Of a stretch of DNA of 64,000 bases, positions 18,961-27,863 are shown in pieces. The notes beneath the pieces are model-generated. The model saw only the letters and a program-made list of their open reading frames with translations. It was not told the origin of the DNA and searched no databases. The first letter of the stretch is position 1. Each line of letters begins with the position of its first letter. The DNA lies in assembly GCA_050949525.1 (NCBI GenBank), contig JBMNFW010000001.1:65078-129077 (forward strand), written 5' to 3'. The stretch is from Patescibacteria group bacterium. Its GTDB lineage: Bacteria > Patescibacteriota > Patescibacteriia > Patescibacteriales > UBA12465. The position numbers and the translations under genes are program-made.

Positions 18961-18993
18961 AAAAAATAGAGAGGTGAAACTCTCTATTTTTTT
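18961..18993. terminator. bidirectional rho-independent terminator between convergent genes
   Basis: A-run, 7-bp stem tagagag/ctctcta with 6-nt loop, then T7 run. Serves the + strand locus ending at 18949 and clpP on the - strand. Confidence 0.6.
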
Positions 18994-19001
18994 ATTTCTC
19001 C

Positions 19002-19577
19002 CTATTTTATTATCTTATCTATTAAACCATATTTTTTTGCTTCTTCAGCGCTCATGAAATAATCACGATCACTATCTTTTTCTACTTCATTTAAGCTTTT
19101 TTTAGAATGATGTGATAATATTCGATTCATTTTATCTTTTATTTTTAAAATATGCTCGGCATGGATTTTAATATCACTAGCTTGTCCTTCGTAGCCACCC
19201 ATAACTTGATGAATCATTATTTCACTATTGGGTAGAGCCAGTCTTTTTCCTGGGGTTCCGGCTGCTAGAAGAACTGAGGCCATAGAAGCGGCTAAACCAA
19301 TACAGATAGTAGACACATCACAAGCAATATATTGCATGGTATCATAAATAGCTAGACCAGCTACAACTGATCCCCCTGGGGAGTTGATGTAGAATTTAAT
19401 ATCCTTAGTTTTGTCTTCAGCTTCTAGATACAAAAGTTGAGCAATAACTAGGTTGGCGGTATGATCATTAATGGGGCCTCCGAGAAAAATTATTCTGTCT
19501 TTTAAGAGACGAGAATAGATATCATAAGCTCTTTCCCCATGACTACTTTTCTCGATTACCATTGGTATAATAGACAT
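19002..19577 (-). CDS. clpP: ATP-dependent Clp protease proteolytic subunit
   Basis: 191 aa. Catalytic-triad region [14 protein letters not shown] (Ser), MIHQ (His), and [22 protein letters not shown]. Confidence 0.95.
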   Translation of the reverse strand: MSIIPMVIEKSSHGERAYDIYSRLLKDRIIFLGGPINDHTANLVIAQLLYLEAEDKTKDIKFYINSPGGSVVAGLAIYDTMQYIACDVSTICIGLAASMASVLLAAGTPGKRLALPNSEIMIHQVMGGYEGQASDIKIHAEHILKIKDKMNRILSHHSKKSLNEVEKDSDRDYFMSAEEAKKYGLIDKIIK

Positions 19578-19702
19578 AATTTAAAGATTAATTTTAATAT
19601 TTTATTTATAACATATAATGCCTTAAAAAACAAGAAAAACTTGATTTTTGTTATGATTTGTTCTAAGATAAATTATACTTATTTAATTTATTTATACAAT
19701 TT

Positions 19703-21619
19703 ATGTCTAAGTTGAAATCGAATCTTTTTAAACAAAAAAGAAATGGCTTGATTTTCGCTTCAATTTTAATCTTTTTTGTTTTTGTGGCCTTAAAAGGAGC
19801 TGATATTTACTATAATCAGTTTTCTGATTATTTAGCTAAGAAAACTAATGATGTTATTATTTTACCTAAAATTAAGGAATCTCCCTTTCGTTTAGGACTA
19901 GATCTTCAGGGTGGAGCTCAATTAGTTTATCAAGCTGATGTGTCTCAAATTCCGGATCTTGATAAAGATGATGTTTTAGATGGAGTTCGAGATGTTATTG
20001 AAAAACGAGTTAATGCTTTTGGGGTTAGTGAGCCGATAATTCAGGTTAATAAGACTGTTGATGGTGAATATCGAATTATTGTTGAGTTAGCTGGAGTGAA
20101 GAGTGTTGAAGAGGCTATAAAGGAGATTGGGGAAACGCCTAAATTAGAGTTTAAAGAACAAGATTTAGATTCAGCTAGTTTGTCAGAAGAAGATTTAGCC
20201 TTAAAAGAAGAATATAATAATTCTTTAAAGAAAAAGGCTGAAGAGATTTATGAAAAGCTTTTAAATGGAGAAGATTTTTCATCTTTAGCTATTGCTAATA
20301 ATAGTCCAATTGTGCTTGATCCTAGTCAAGGAATTGGGGCTGAAAATGATGGTGATTTAGGTTGGATTAGCTCTAGTGACGATGCGGTTTTATATGGGAT
20401 TTTAGAAAATATTGAAATTGGTAAATTTTCTGAAATTATTGAAACTGAAGCCGATTATAATATTTTTAAGGTGGAAGATAAAAGATCATCGGTTGAAGGA
20501 GTTTTAGGTTCAGCTGAAGGAGAGGCTGAGTATAAGGTAAGGCGAATAGTTTTAAATAAGATTAGTGATCGTGATCTTTTAGAGTTTTCTGATAATTGGA
20601 AAAATACTGAATTAACTGGAAGAAATTTAAAGAAAGCGGTTTTGCAGTTTAATCCTAATACTAATGCTCCGGAAGTATCTTTAGAATTTGATGATGAAGG
20701 CGCTCAATTATTTGGTGATATTACTGAGAGAAATATTGGAAGACCAGTAGCTATTTATTTAGATGATTATGCTATTAGTGTTCCAACTGTTAATGAAAGA
20801 ATACCAGATGGTCGAGCTGTTATTTCAGGTCGTTTTAGTATCGCTGAGGCTAAAGAATTAATTCAAAGATTAAAAGCTGGAGCTTTACCAGTTCCAATTG
20901 AGTTAATAAATCAAAAAACAGTTGGTGCTAGTTTAGGAAGTCAGTCTATTCAAGATAGTTTAAAAGCTGGTATTATTGGTCTGATCTTAATCGCTCTTTT
21001 TATGATTATAGTTTATCGTTTACCAGGACTTTTATCAGTTTTCTCTTTAGTTATATATGGCTTTACTGTTTTGATTATTTTTAAATCTTTACCAGTTATT
21101 ACGGCCCTAATTATCGCTGTTTTCTTTGTGGTCATGATTTTTATAAGCTTTAATGAATTAAAAATATTGGATTTATCAATGATAGTTTTATTCCTTGTTA
21201 TTGGTATTGTTCTTTTTGTTTATAGTTTAGGTTCGGTTACCTTAACTTTAGCTGGTATTGCTGGTTTAATACTTTCAATTGGTATGGCTGTGGATGCTAA
21301 TGTTTTAATTTTTGAAAGGATGAAAGAAGAAATTCGCCAAGGTCGATCTTTAAAAAGTTCCATTGACGAGGGCATTCGTCGTTCTTGGCCTTCAATTCGC
21401 GATGGAAATATCTCTACTTTATTAACTTGTTTAGTACTAATGACTTTTGGTACCGGAGTTTTAAAAGGTTTTGGAACCACTCTTTTTATTGGGGTTTCAA
21501 TCTCTATGTTTGGTGCTATTGTTACTACTAGAGTTTTCTTAAACAAGTTTTTAGGTAAGAGGGTTGAAAAATGTCGATTTCTTTTAGGATTTAAAGTGAA
21601 ATCAGAAGAAAATAAATAA
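19703..21619 (+). CDS. secD: protein translocase subunit SecD, carrying an inserted parvulin-like (PpiC-type) PPIase-like domain in the first periplasmic region
   Basis: N-terminal TM. SecD P1 base LGLDLQGGAQLVYQAD...ELAGVKSVEEAIKEIGETPKLEFK. Then ~130 aa containing GDLGWISSSDDAVLYGILENIEIGKFSEIIETEADYNIFKVEDKR, which resembles the parvulin core (GGDLGWF...GYHIIKV). Canonical P1 head follows (LTGRNLKKAVLQFNP...GRPVAIYLDDYAISVPTV...GRFSIAEAKELIQRLKAGALPVP), then the six-TM C-terminal region. Confidence 0.9.
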   Translation: MSKLKSNLFKQKRNGLIFASILIFFVFVALKGADIYYNQFSDYLAKKTNDVIILPKIKESPFRLGLDLQGGAQLVYQADVSQIPDLDKDDVLDGVRDVIEKRVNAFGVSEPIIQVNKTVDGEYRIIVELAGVKSVEEAIKEIGETPKLEFKEQDLDSASLSEEDLALKEEYNNSLKKKAEEIYEKLLNGEDFSSLAIANNSPIVLDPSQGIGAENDGDLGWISSSDDAVLYGILENIEIGKFSEIIETEADYNIFKVEDKRSSVEGVLGSAEGEAEYKVRRIVLNKISDRDLLEFSDNWKNTELTGRNLKKAVLQFNPNTNAPEVSLEFDDEGAQLFGDITERNIGRPVAIYLDDYAISVPTVNERIPDGRAVISGRFSIAEAKELIQRLKAGALPVPIELINQKTVGASLGSQSIQDSLKAGIIGLILIALFMIIVYRLPGLLSVFSLVIYGFTVLIIFKSLPVITALIIAVFFVVMIFISFNELKILDLSMIVLFLVIGIVLFVYSLGSVTLTLAGIAGLILSIGMAVDANVLIFERMKEEIRQGRSLKSSIDEGIRRSWPSIRDGNISTLLTCLVLMTFGTGVLKGFGTTLFIGVSISMFGAIVTTRVFLNKFLGKRVEKCRFLLGFKVKSEENK

Positions 21620-21643
21620 TTAAATTAAATAATAATAAAGAAT

Positions 21644-22534
21644 ATGTTTAATCTAAATATAATAAAGTATCGTAAAATATGGCTAAGCTTATCAGGTGTT
21701 TTAGTGGTGGCTTCAATTTTAGCTTTATTTACTTGGGGTTTAAATTTTGGTATTGATTTTACTGGTGGTAGTCTTTTGGAGGTAGAATTTAAAGGTGAAG
21801 AGATTCCTAGCGTGATGGTTGTTAGAGAAAGTTTAGAAGAGTTAAGTCTAAATAGTTTGGTGGTGCAACCAACTGAAAGTGGTTCGGTTATTTTAAGATT
21901 TAAAGAGGATAGTCATGAAGTTTATCGTTCTGTTTTAGATAAGCTGAGTAGTTTATCAGAAATTGAAGAATTGCGTTATGAGTCGGTCGGACCCTCTATT
22001 GGAAAAGAGTTGAAGAATAAATCCTTTAACACTATGATTTTAGTTTTAGCTATTATCATTCTTTATATTGCTTTGGTGTTTAAAAAGGTGTCTCGACCAG
22101 TTTCTTCTTGGAAATATGGTATTGCTTCTGTTGTAGCCTTAGCTCATAATGTTATTATTGTTCTTGGAGTATTTTCTGTTTTGGGTCATTTTTGTGATAC
22201 AGAAATAAACGCGGCTTTTATCGCAGCTATTTTAACTATTCTAGGTTATAGCGTTAATGATACTATCGTTATTTTTGATCGAATTAGAGAGAATTTACCG
22301 AAGAGTCCTGATAATTTTGAGACCACGGTTAATAGGAGTATTAATCAATCTCTAACTCGTTCTATTAATACTTCTTTTACCACCCTTTTAGCTCTTTTAG
22401 CTATTATTATTTTTGGCGGAAGCTCTATTCGAGATTTTGTTTTAGCTTTAGCTATTGGAATCTTCGTTGGTGCTTATAGTTCTATATTTATTGCTAGTCC
22501 AATATTAGTTTGGTTTGAGAAAAGAAAAGCTTAG
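21644..22534 (+). CDS. secF: protein translocase subunit SecF
   Basis: 296 aa. SecF signature GIDFTGGSLLEV and six-TM C-terminal block. Immediately follows secD. Confidence 0.9.
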   Translation: MFNLNIIKYRKIWLSLSGVLVVASILALFTWGLNFGIDFTGGSLLEVEFKGEEIPSVMVVRESLEELSLNSLVVQPTESGSVILRFKEDSHEVYRSVLDKLSSLSEIEELRYESVGPSIGKELKNKSFNTMILVLAIIILYIALVFKKVSRPVSSWKYGIASVVALAHNVIIVLGVFSVLGHFCDTEINAAFIAAILTILGYSVNDTIVIFDRIRENLPKSPDNFETTVNRSINQSLTRSINTSFTTLLALLAIIIFGGSSIRDFVLALAIGIFVGAYSSIFIASPILVWFEKRKA

Positions 22535-22540
22535 GCTCAA

Positions 22541-24436
22541 ATGAAAAAACGATATTTAAATTATTTAATAGAGATTATATATTTAGGGATTATTTTTTTA
22601 ATCCCTATTTATTTTGGTTTTATTTTTCCTAGCGCTAATCCCTTTGATTTACAAAGATTAATATTGTTCAAGATCCTGTTAGGGCTTCTTTTTTTTCTAT
22701 CAGTTTTTAAGGCTTTTCTTTTAGAGTCAAGTTTGGATTTTAGGTTGAGTTTAAGAAAATTTTTTAAAAAATATTATTTAATTCCCTTATTATCATTAAT
22801 ATTCTTTTTACTTTCTCTTCTTTGGTCTTTTAATCCTAATTTATCTTGGGTCGGATCTTTAGAGCGACAATTAGGAATTAATACTTGGATTTTTTTAGGA
22901 CTTTTTTCTGTTTTATTATCCTTTAATCTTTTAAGTAGCCCAGATTTTAAAAAAAGTATTTATCGCATTTTTTTAGTTTCTGGTTTTTCGGCCACTATAG
23001 TTTCTTTATATGCTGTTTTTCAGTTCTGGGGAATTGATTTTTTATCTTGGAATGAGCCAGCTGTAATTACTAAAAGAGCTTTTTCTAGTTTAGGTCAACC
23101 TAATCTTTTAGGATCTTTTTTATTGCTTAATATTTTTATTATTCCCTATCTTTTTAAAAATACTAAGAATAAATATTTTCGTCTTTTATTTATTCTTAGT
23201 GGTGGGCTTCAGTTTTTAGCTTTATTATATTCAGCTAGTCGCGGGGCTTATTTAGGATTTTTATTTTCGCTTTTGATTTTTATTATTTATTGGTGTAGGC
23301 AGAGAAGGTTAAAATTTTTTATAGTTATTATTTTTATTGGTTTAATTTTTTTATTTCCTCGGGTTAAATCTATGGGTGGTTTTAGCTCTCGAGTTGATTT
23401 GTGGTCGGCCTCTTTGGCTGGGGTTTTAGATAATCCTTGGGGTTATGGTTTAGAAAATCAAAAAGAGGTTTTTATTAATTATTATCAACCTGATTGGGGA
23501 GTGTTTAATAAAGTGAATGTTGTTTTTGATCGAGCTCATAATTTTATTTTAGATACTTTATTGGTCGGAGGTTTTGTAGCATTAGCTTTATTAATGGCTT
23601 GGTTATTGTTTACTTATAAAATGTTGGTTAGTAATATAAGAAAGAGGGAGGACGGAGGGTTGTCACTTAGCTTAACTTTAGCTTTTACTTCATTTTTTAT
23701 ATCTTTATTGTTTGGTTTTGGTAGTTTTGTGTCTTTACTTTATTTAGTTAGTTTTTTTTCTATTATTAGCGTTAATGATTATCAATCTAAGAAAGAAGTA
23801 TTTTCTTTAATAGAGGAGCAAAAATTAAAATTTCATCATCAAATATTTTTAATAACATTAGCTTTAGTTTTGGGAACTTTCTTTTTTCGTGAGATTAATA
23901 AATTGAAATCTGATTATTACTTTTATGTTGGTCAAAGATATTTTTATCAAAATCAAGTTTCTAGCGCTATTATAAGTTTTTCTTATTTAAGACAAAATTC
24001 ATTAGTAAATCGAGAGTATTATTATCAGATTGCTAATTTATTTTTTGATAATTATTCTAAATTTCCCGATCAGGCTACTCGTTTCCTGGCTCAAGAAGAA
24101 TTAAAAGAGATAGCTTATGTTCTAGATAAGAGCATTAAGAAATCTTTTACTGATCAAGTTTTTTGGGCTCAGGTTTATAGCATCCTGGGTAAAGAGCAGT
24201 CTTCTCAAGCGTTGTTTGATGTTTTAATATCTCGATCTCCGTTTTATCCCTTATTATATTATCGTCAAGCTCAGGCTCATCTTTTTGCTGGCAACAAAGA
24301 ATTAGCTTTGGTTAATTATTATAAGGTTTTAGAGTTATTGCCAGTTAAAGAAAATATTGAGGGTGATATAAATCTAAGAGCTTATGAAGAGTTTAAAGCT
24401 TTAATATTAGAGGAAATTAATAATTTAGACTTATAA
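22541..24436 (+). CDS. O-antigen ligase (Wzy_C) family polytopic membrane protein with C-terminal TPR-like region
   Basis: 631 aa, about 10 TM helices. Wzy_C-type motifs YSASRGAYLGF and RAHNFILDTLLVGGF. C-terminal ~200 aa soluble helical repeats (TPR-like). Confidence 0.7.
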   Translation: MKKRYLNYLIEIIYLGIIFLIPIYFGFIFPSANPFDLQRLILFKILLGLLFFLSVFKAFLLESSLDFRLSLRKFFKKYYLIPLLSLIFFLLSLLWSFNPNLSWVGSLERQLGINTWIFLGLFSVLLSFNLLSSPDFKKSIYRIFLVSGFSATIVSLYAVFQFWGIDFLSWNEPAVITKRAFSSLGQPNLLGSFLLLNIFIIPYLFKNTKNKYFRLLFILSGGLQFLALLYSASRGAYLGFLFSLLIFIIYWCRQRRLKFFIVIIFIGLIFLFPRVKSMGGFSSRVDLWSASLAGVLDNPWGYGLENQKEVFINYYQPDWGVFNKVNVVFDRAHNFILDTLLVGGFVALALLMAWLLFTYKMLVSNIRKREDGGLSLSLTLAFTSFFISLLFGFGSFVSLLYLVSFFSIISVNDYQSKKEVFSLIEEQKLKFHHQIFLITLALVLGTFFFREINKLKSDYYFYVGQRYFYQNQVSSAIISFSYLRQNSLVNREYYYQIANLFFDNYSKFPDQATRFLAQEELKEIAYVLDKSIKKSFTDQVFWAQVYSILGKEQSSQALFDVLISRSPFYPLLYYRQAQAHLFAGNKELALVNYYKVLELLPVKENIEGDINLRAYEEFKALILEEINNLDL

Positions 24437-24437
24437 T

Positions 24438-25199
24438 ATGATAGTTATTTTTTTTATTTTGGGTTTAATAATTGGTAGTTTTTTAAATTGTTTGATTTGG
24501 CGGGTTTATAAAGGAGAAAGTATGTGGGGTTTTTCTCATTGTTTATCTTGTCAAAAAACTATTAAGTGGTATGACAATATTCCGGTGTTGAGTTTTTTTA
24601 TATTAAGGGGAAAATGTCGGTTTTGTCAGGCTAAAATTCCTTGGTATTATCCAGTGGTGGAATTGGTAACTGGACTTTTGTTTGCTGGTTCTTTTTATTA
24701 TCATGCTTATGTTTTAGATTTTAATTTATTTTATTTAATATTTTTTCTGTTAGTAATTTCTTTTTTAATTATATTTTTTGTTTTCGATTTACGCTGGTTT
24801 TTGGTTCCGGTAAATTTATTAATTGGAGGAGCGGTTTTGATTTTTTTCTTCCAATTATATTTTAATGTCTCTGTTTTAAACATATTGATTTCGGTTTTTT
24901 TAGGAGCGGCTTTTTTTGCTCTTCAGTTTTTTATTAGTCGAGGAAAATGGATTGGGGAGGGTGATATATGGTTAGGAGGCTTTTGGGGATTAGTTTTTGC
25001 TAAACCTTTTTTAGTGTTGTTTTTTATTCTTTTAACTTATATTATTGGTGGTTTAGTCTCAATTATTCTTATCGTTTCTGGTTACAAAAAACTAGGGGAG
25101 AAAATTCCTTTAGGAGTTTTTATGTCTTTAGCCGCTTTAATAGTCTTATTTTTTGGTGAACCTTTGCTTTCTTGGTATTTAGGTCTCTTTCTTTTTTAA
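24438..25199 (+). CDS. prepilin peptidase (A24 family, PilD-like)
   Basis: 253 aa. N-terminal tetracysteine Zn motif CLSCQKTIKWYDNIPVLSFFILRGKCRFCQAKIPWYYPVVE. Polytopic membrane domain with conserved acidic residues (FDLRW..., GEGDIWLGG). Confidence 0.8.
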   Translation: MIVIFFILGLIIGSFLNCLIWRVYKGESMWGFSHCLSCQKTIKWYDNIPVLSFFILRGKCRFCQAKIPWYYPVVELVTGLLFAGSFYYHAYVLDFNLFYLIFFLLVISFLIIFFVFDLRWFLVPVNLLIGGAVLIFFFQLYFNVSVLNILISVFLGAAFFALQFFISRGKWIGEGDIWLGGFWGLVFAKPFLVLFFILLTYIIGGLVSIILIVSGYKKLGEKIPLGVFMSLAALIVLFFGEPLLSWYLGLFLF

Positions 25200-25228
25200 T
25201 TGCTAATATTTAAAATTTTTAGTATAAT
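25200..25228 (+). promoter_or_regulatory. sigma70-type promoter TTGCTA-17-TATAAT upstream of ftsA
   Basis: ttgcta at 25200-25205, a 17-nt spacer, tataat at 25223-25228. ftsA ATG at 25257. Confidence 0.5.
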
Positions 25229-25256
25229 GTTAGGTATAAATAAATAATGATTTTTT

Positions 25257-26519
25257 ATGAAAAACGATATTATCGTTGGTCTTGATATCGGCTCTAGTCA
25301 AATTAAGCTGATTATCGCCCAAAAAAAACTAGAGTATAGTGAAGAAAAGCTACATATTATTGGAGCTGTATCTCATCCTAGTGCTGGAGTAGGAAAAAAT
25401 GGAACTATTAATAGTATTGAAGATGCGGTATCAGCTTTGTCAGCTTGTTTAGAAAAAGCCGAACGTTTAGTTGGAGTTCCAATTGATTCTGTTTATTTAG
25501 CCTATAATCATGCCAAGACTCAATATGAGCGAGTTAAGGGGGTTGCTATTGTTAGTAAAAATGATGGAGAGATTGATCAAGATGATATTGATCGAGCCAT
25601 TGAATCAGCCCGCTCTTTTCCAGTTTCTAATAATTATGAGATTTTTAAGACTATTCCGGTTAAGTATAATATTGATAACAATGAAGATGTTAAGGATCCA
25701 ATCGGAATGCGAGGTATTCGTTTAGAGGTGGAGGTAATAGTCTCTTTAGTTTTAAGTAGTCAGATAAATAATTTAGTAAAAATAGTGCAACGAGTTGGTT
25801 TAGATGTTGAAGATATTTTACCGTCAGCAGTTAATATGGCTGAATTATTTTTGAGTCATAAAGAAAAAGAATTAGGTGCTGCGGTTTTAGATATTGGATC
25901 AACCACTACCTCTTTAGCTGTATTTGAAGATGGTGTTCTTCTACATTTCAATGTTTTACCGATAGGATCAGAATATATTACTGCTGATATTGGTTTAGGA
26001 TTACGATGTCCGATTACTTTAGCCGAAAGAATTAAGTTAGAGTTTGGTCAAGCTGATTCTAGTGATGTTGATAGTTCAGAGGAAATTGATATTTCTCATT
26101 TATTAAAAGAGGAAAAAATTGATGATGAAAATTCAATTATTTCTCGACATCATTTAAGCGAAATTATTGAGGCTCGAGTTGAGGAAATTTTTAATTTAGT
26201 TGATGAAGACTTAAAAAAAATTAATCGTTCTAAGATTTTACCAGTCGGAATATTTTTAGCTGGTGGTGGTTCTTTATTAGATGGAATTGTCAAAGTGGCT
26301 AAGAGAACTTTATCATTGCCAGTAGCTTTTCTAGAGTCTCGTGAAGTTAGGGTTGAGGTTGATAAAGCGGCTCGACCAGAGTTTTTAAGTGCTTTAGGTT
26401 TAGCTGTTTTTGGTTCTTATGTTGGTGGATCTTCTTATCGTGGTACGGCTTTAAAAGATGGGGTTAAAAATGCTTTTAAAAAAGCTAGTAATTTATTTAA
26501 AAAAATTATTCCAAAATAA
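25257..26519 (+). CDS. ftsA: cell division protein FtsA
   Basis: 420 aa actin-fold ATPase. Phosphate-1 loop IVGLDIGSSQIKLII, adenosine motif FLAGGGSLLDGI. Immediately upstream of ftsZ. Confidence 0.85.
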   Translation: MKNDIIVGLDIGSSQIKLIIAQKKLEYSEEKLHIIGAVSHPSAGVGKNGTINSIEDAVSALSACLEKAERLVGVPIDSVYLAYNHAKTQYERVKGVAIVSKNDGEIDQDDIDRAIESARSFPVSNNYEIFKTIPVKYNIDNNEDVKDPIGMRGIRLEVEVIVSLVLSSQINNLVKIVQRVGLDVEDILPSAVNMAELFLSHKEKELGAAVLDIGSTTTSLAVFEDGVLLHFNVLPIGSEYITADIGLGLRCPITLAERIKLEFGQADSSDVDSSEEIDISHLLKEEKIDDENSIISRHHLSEIIEARVEEIFNLVDEDLKKINRSKILPVGIFLAGGGSLLDGIVKVAKRTLSLPVAFLESREVRVEVDKAARPEFLSALGLAVFGSYVGGSSYRGTALKDGVKNAFKKASNLFKKIIPK

Positions 26520-26534
26520 AATTAATATAAATAT

Positions 26535-27812
26535 ATGCCAGAAATAAAACCAAGTATTGAGACTTCAGCTAAGATTAAAGTAGTGGGAGTTGGAGGAGGA
26601 GGAGGAAATGCTGTTAATCGTATGATTGAAGCTGGTATTCGTGGAGTAGAGTTTATTGCCATAAATACTGATATCCAAGCTTTACAGAATAATCGAGCTA
26701 GTTCTAAGTTAAATATTGGTAAAAATATTACTCGAGGATTGGGTGCAGGAATGGATCCCGATATTGGTCGTAAAGCCGCCGAAGAATCACAAAATGAAAT
26801 TCGAGAACTTTTAAAAGGAGCGGATATGGTTTTTATTGCTTGTGGTTTAGGGGGCGGGACTGGAACTGGGGCTTCTCCAGTTATTGCTGAGATTGCTCGC
26901 GATTTAGGAGCTTTAACTATTGCGGTGGTTACTAAACCTTTCTTTTTTGAAGGGGGCTTGAGGCAAAAAATAGCTGAGACAGGTTATCAAAATTTAGCTG
27001 ATAAAGTTGATACTATTATCACTGTTTCTAATGAAAAATTACTAGAAGTTATTGACAAGCGTACTACTTTTATCGATTCTTTTAAGATGGCGGATAATAT
27101 TTTACGTCAAGGAGTTCAAGGTATTTCGGAGATTATTACTGTTCCAGGAATAGTTAATGCAGATTTTGCTGATGTTAGAACTATTATGTCTGGAACTGGT
27201 ACCGCTTTAATGGGAGTTGGTCAAGCGTCTGGAGAAAATAAAGCTATTGAGGCGGTTAAATCAGCTATTAATTCGGCACTTTTAGAAACTTCCATCAACG
27301 GAGCTAAAGGTATAGTCTTTACTATTACTGGTGGTAGTGATTTAAGTATGGCTGATGTGAGTGATGCGGCTAAATTGATCAATTCTTTAGCTGATAAAGA
27401 GGCTAAAATAATTTTTGGGGCTGTTATTGATGAAAGCTTAGGTGATGAAATTAAGATTACTATAGTGGCGACTGGCTTTGATGATAAAAATCAAAAACCA
27501 GCTATCAAGAAAGAACCAGAAAAGAAGATTGATCAGGATTTTTTCTCTTTTCAAAAAAAGGATTATGATTTTTTAGAAGAGGATAAAGGTAAAAATTCAT
27601 TTACTAAAAAAGAAGAAGCAAATTCTAAAAAATCATTTTTTAATTTTAATGCTAAAAGTGTTTTTAATAAAGAGCGGATTGATAAGGGGGAAGAAGATGA
27701 TTTAGAGGCTCCGGCTTTTTTAAGAAATAAATTAAAAACCAAGAAAGTTGATGATGAAGAAAAAGATGATCTTGATGTCCCGGCTTTTTTAAGAAATAAG
27801 ATTAAGAAGTAG
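26535..27812 (+). CDS. ftsZ: cell division GTPase FtsZ (with duplicated C-terminal conserved peptide)
   Basis: 425 aa. Tubulin signature GGGTGTGASPVIAEIA, T7 loop NADFADVRT. The C-terminus carries two copies of the FtsA-binding-type peptide (DDLEAPAFLRNKLK and DDLDVPAFLRNKIKK). Confidence 0.95.
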   Translation: MPEIKPSIETSAKIKVVGVGGGGGNAVNRMIEAGIRGVEFIAINTDIQALQNNRASSKLNIGKNITRGLGAGMDPDIGRKAAEESQNEIRELLKGADMVFIACGLGGGTGTGASPVIAEIARDLGALTIAVVTKPFFFEGGLRQKIAETGYQNLADKVDTIITVSNEKLLEVIDKRTTFIDSFKMADNILRQGVQGISEIITVPGIVNADFADVRTIMSGTGTALMGVGQASGENKAIEAVKSAINSALLETSINGAKGIVFTITGGSDLSMADVSDAAKLINSLADKEAKIIFGAVIDESLGDEIKITIVATGFDDKNQKPAIKKEPEKKIDQDFFSFQKKDYDFLEEDKGKNSFTKKEEANSKKSFFNFNAKSVFNKERIDKGEEDDLEAPAFLRNKLKTKKVDDEEKDDLDVPAFLRNKIKK

Positions 27813-27834
27813 TAAAAAATAAAAGATAATACAT

Positions 27835-27862
27835 AAAAACCTCGATTGTTCGAGGTTTTTTA
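27835..27862. terminator. bidirectional rho-independent terminator (ftsZ + / fic -)
   Basis: A5, stem cctcga/tcgagg with ttgt loop, then T6. Confidence 0.6.
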
Positions 27863-27863
27863 T

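Noticed and set aside
21220-21546. 108-aa - strand ORF inside secD
   Set aside because: Antisense to conserved SecD transmembrane region.
22541-25199. Type IV pilin structural genes next to the prepilin peptidase
   Set aside because: No ORF with a class III signal peptide (G-F/M-T-L-I-E) in this window. The small ORF 7406..7660 lacks the motif.
25510-25725. 71-aa + strand ORF inside ftsA in another frame
   Set aside because: Out-of-frame overlap with a conserved CDS.
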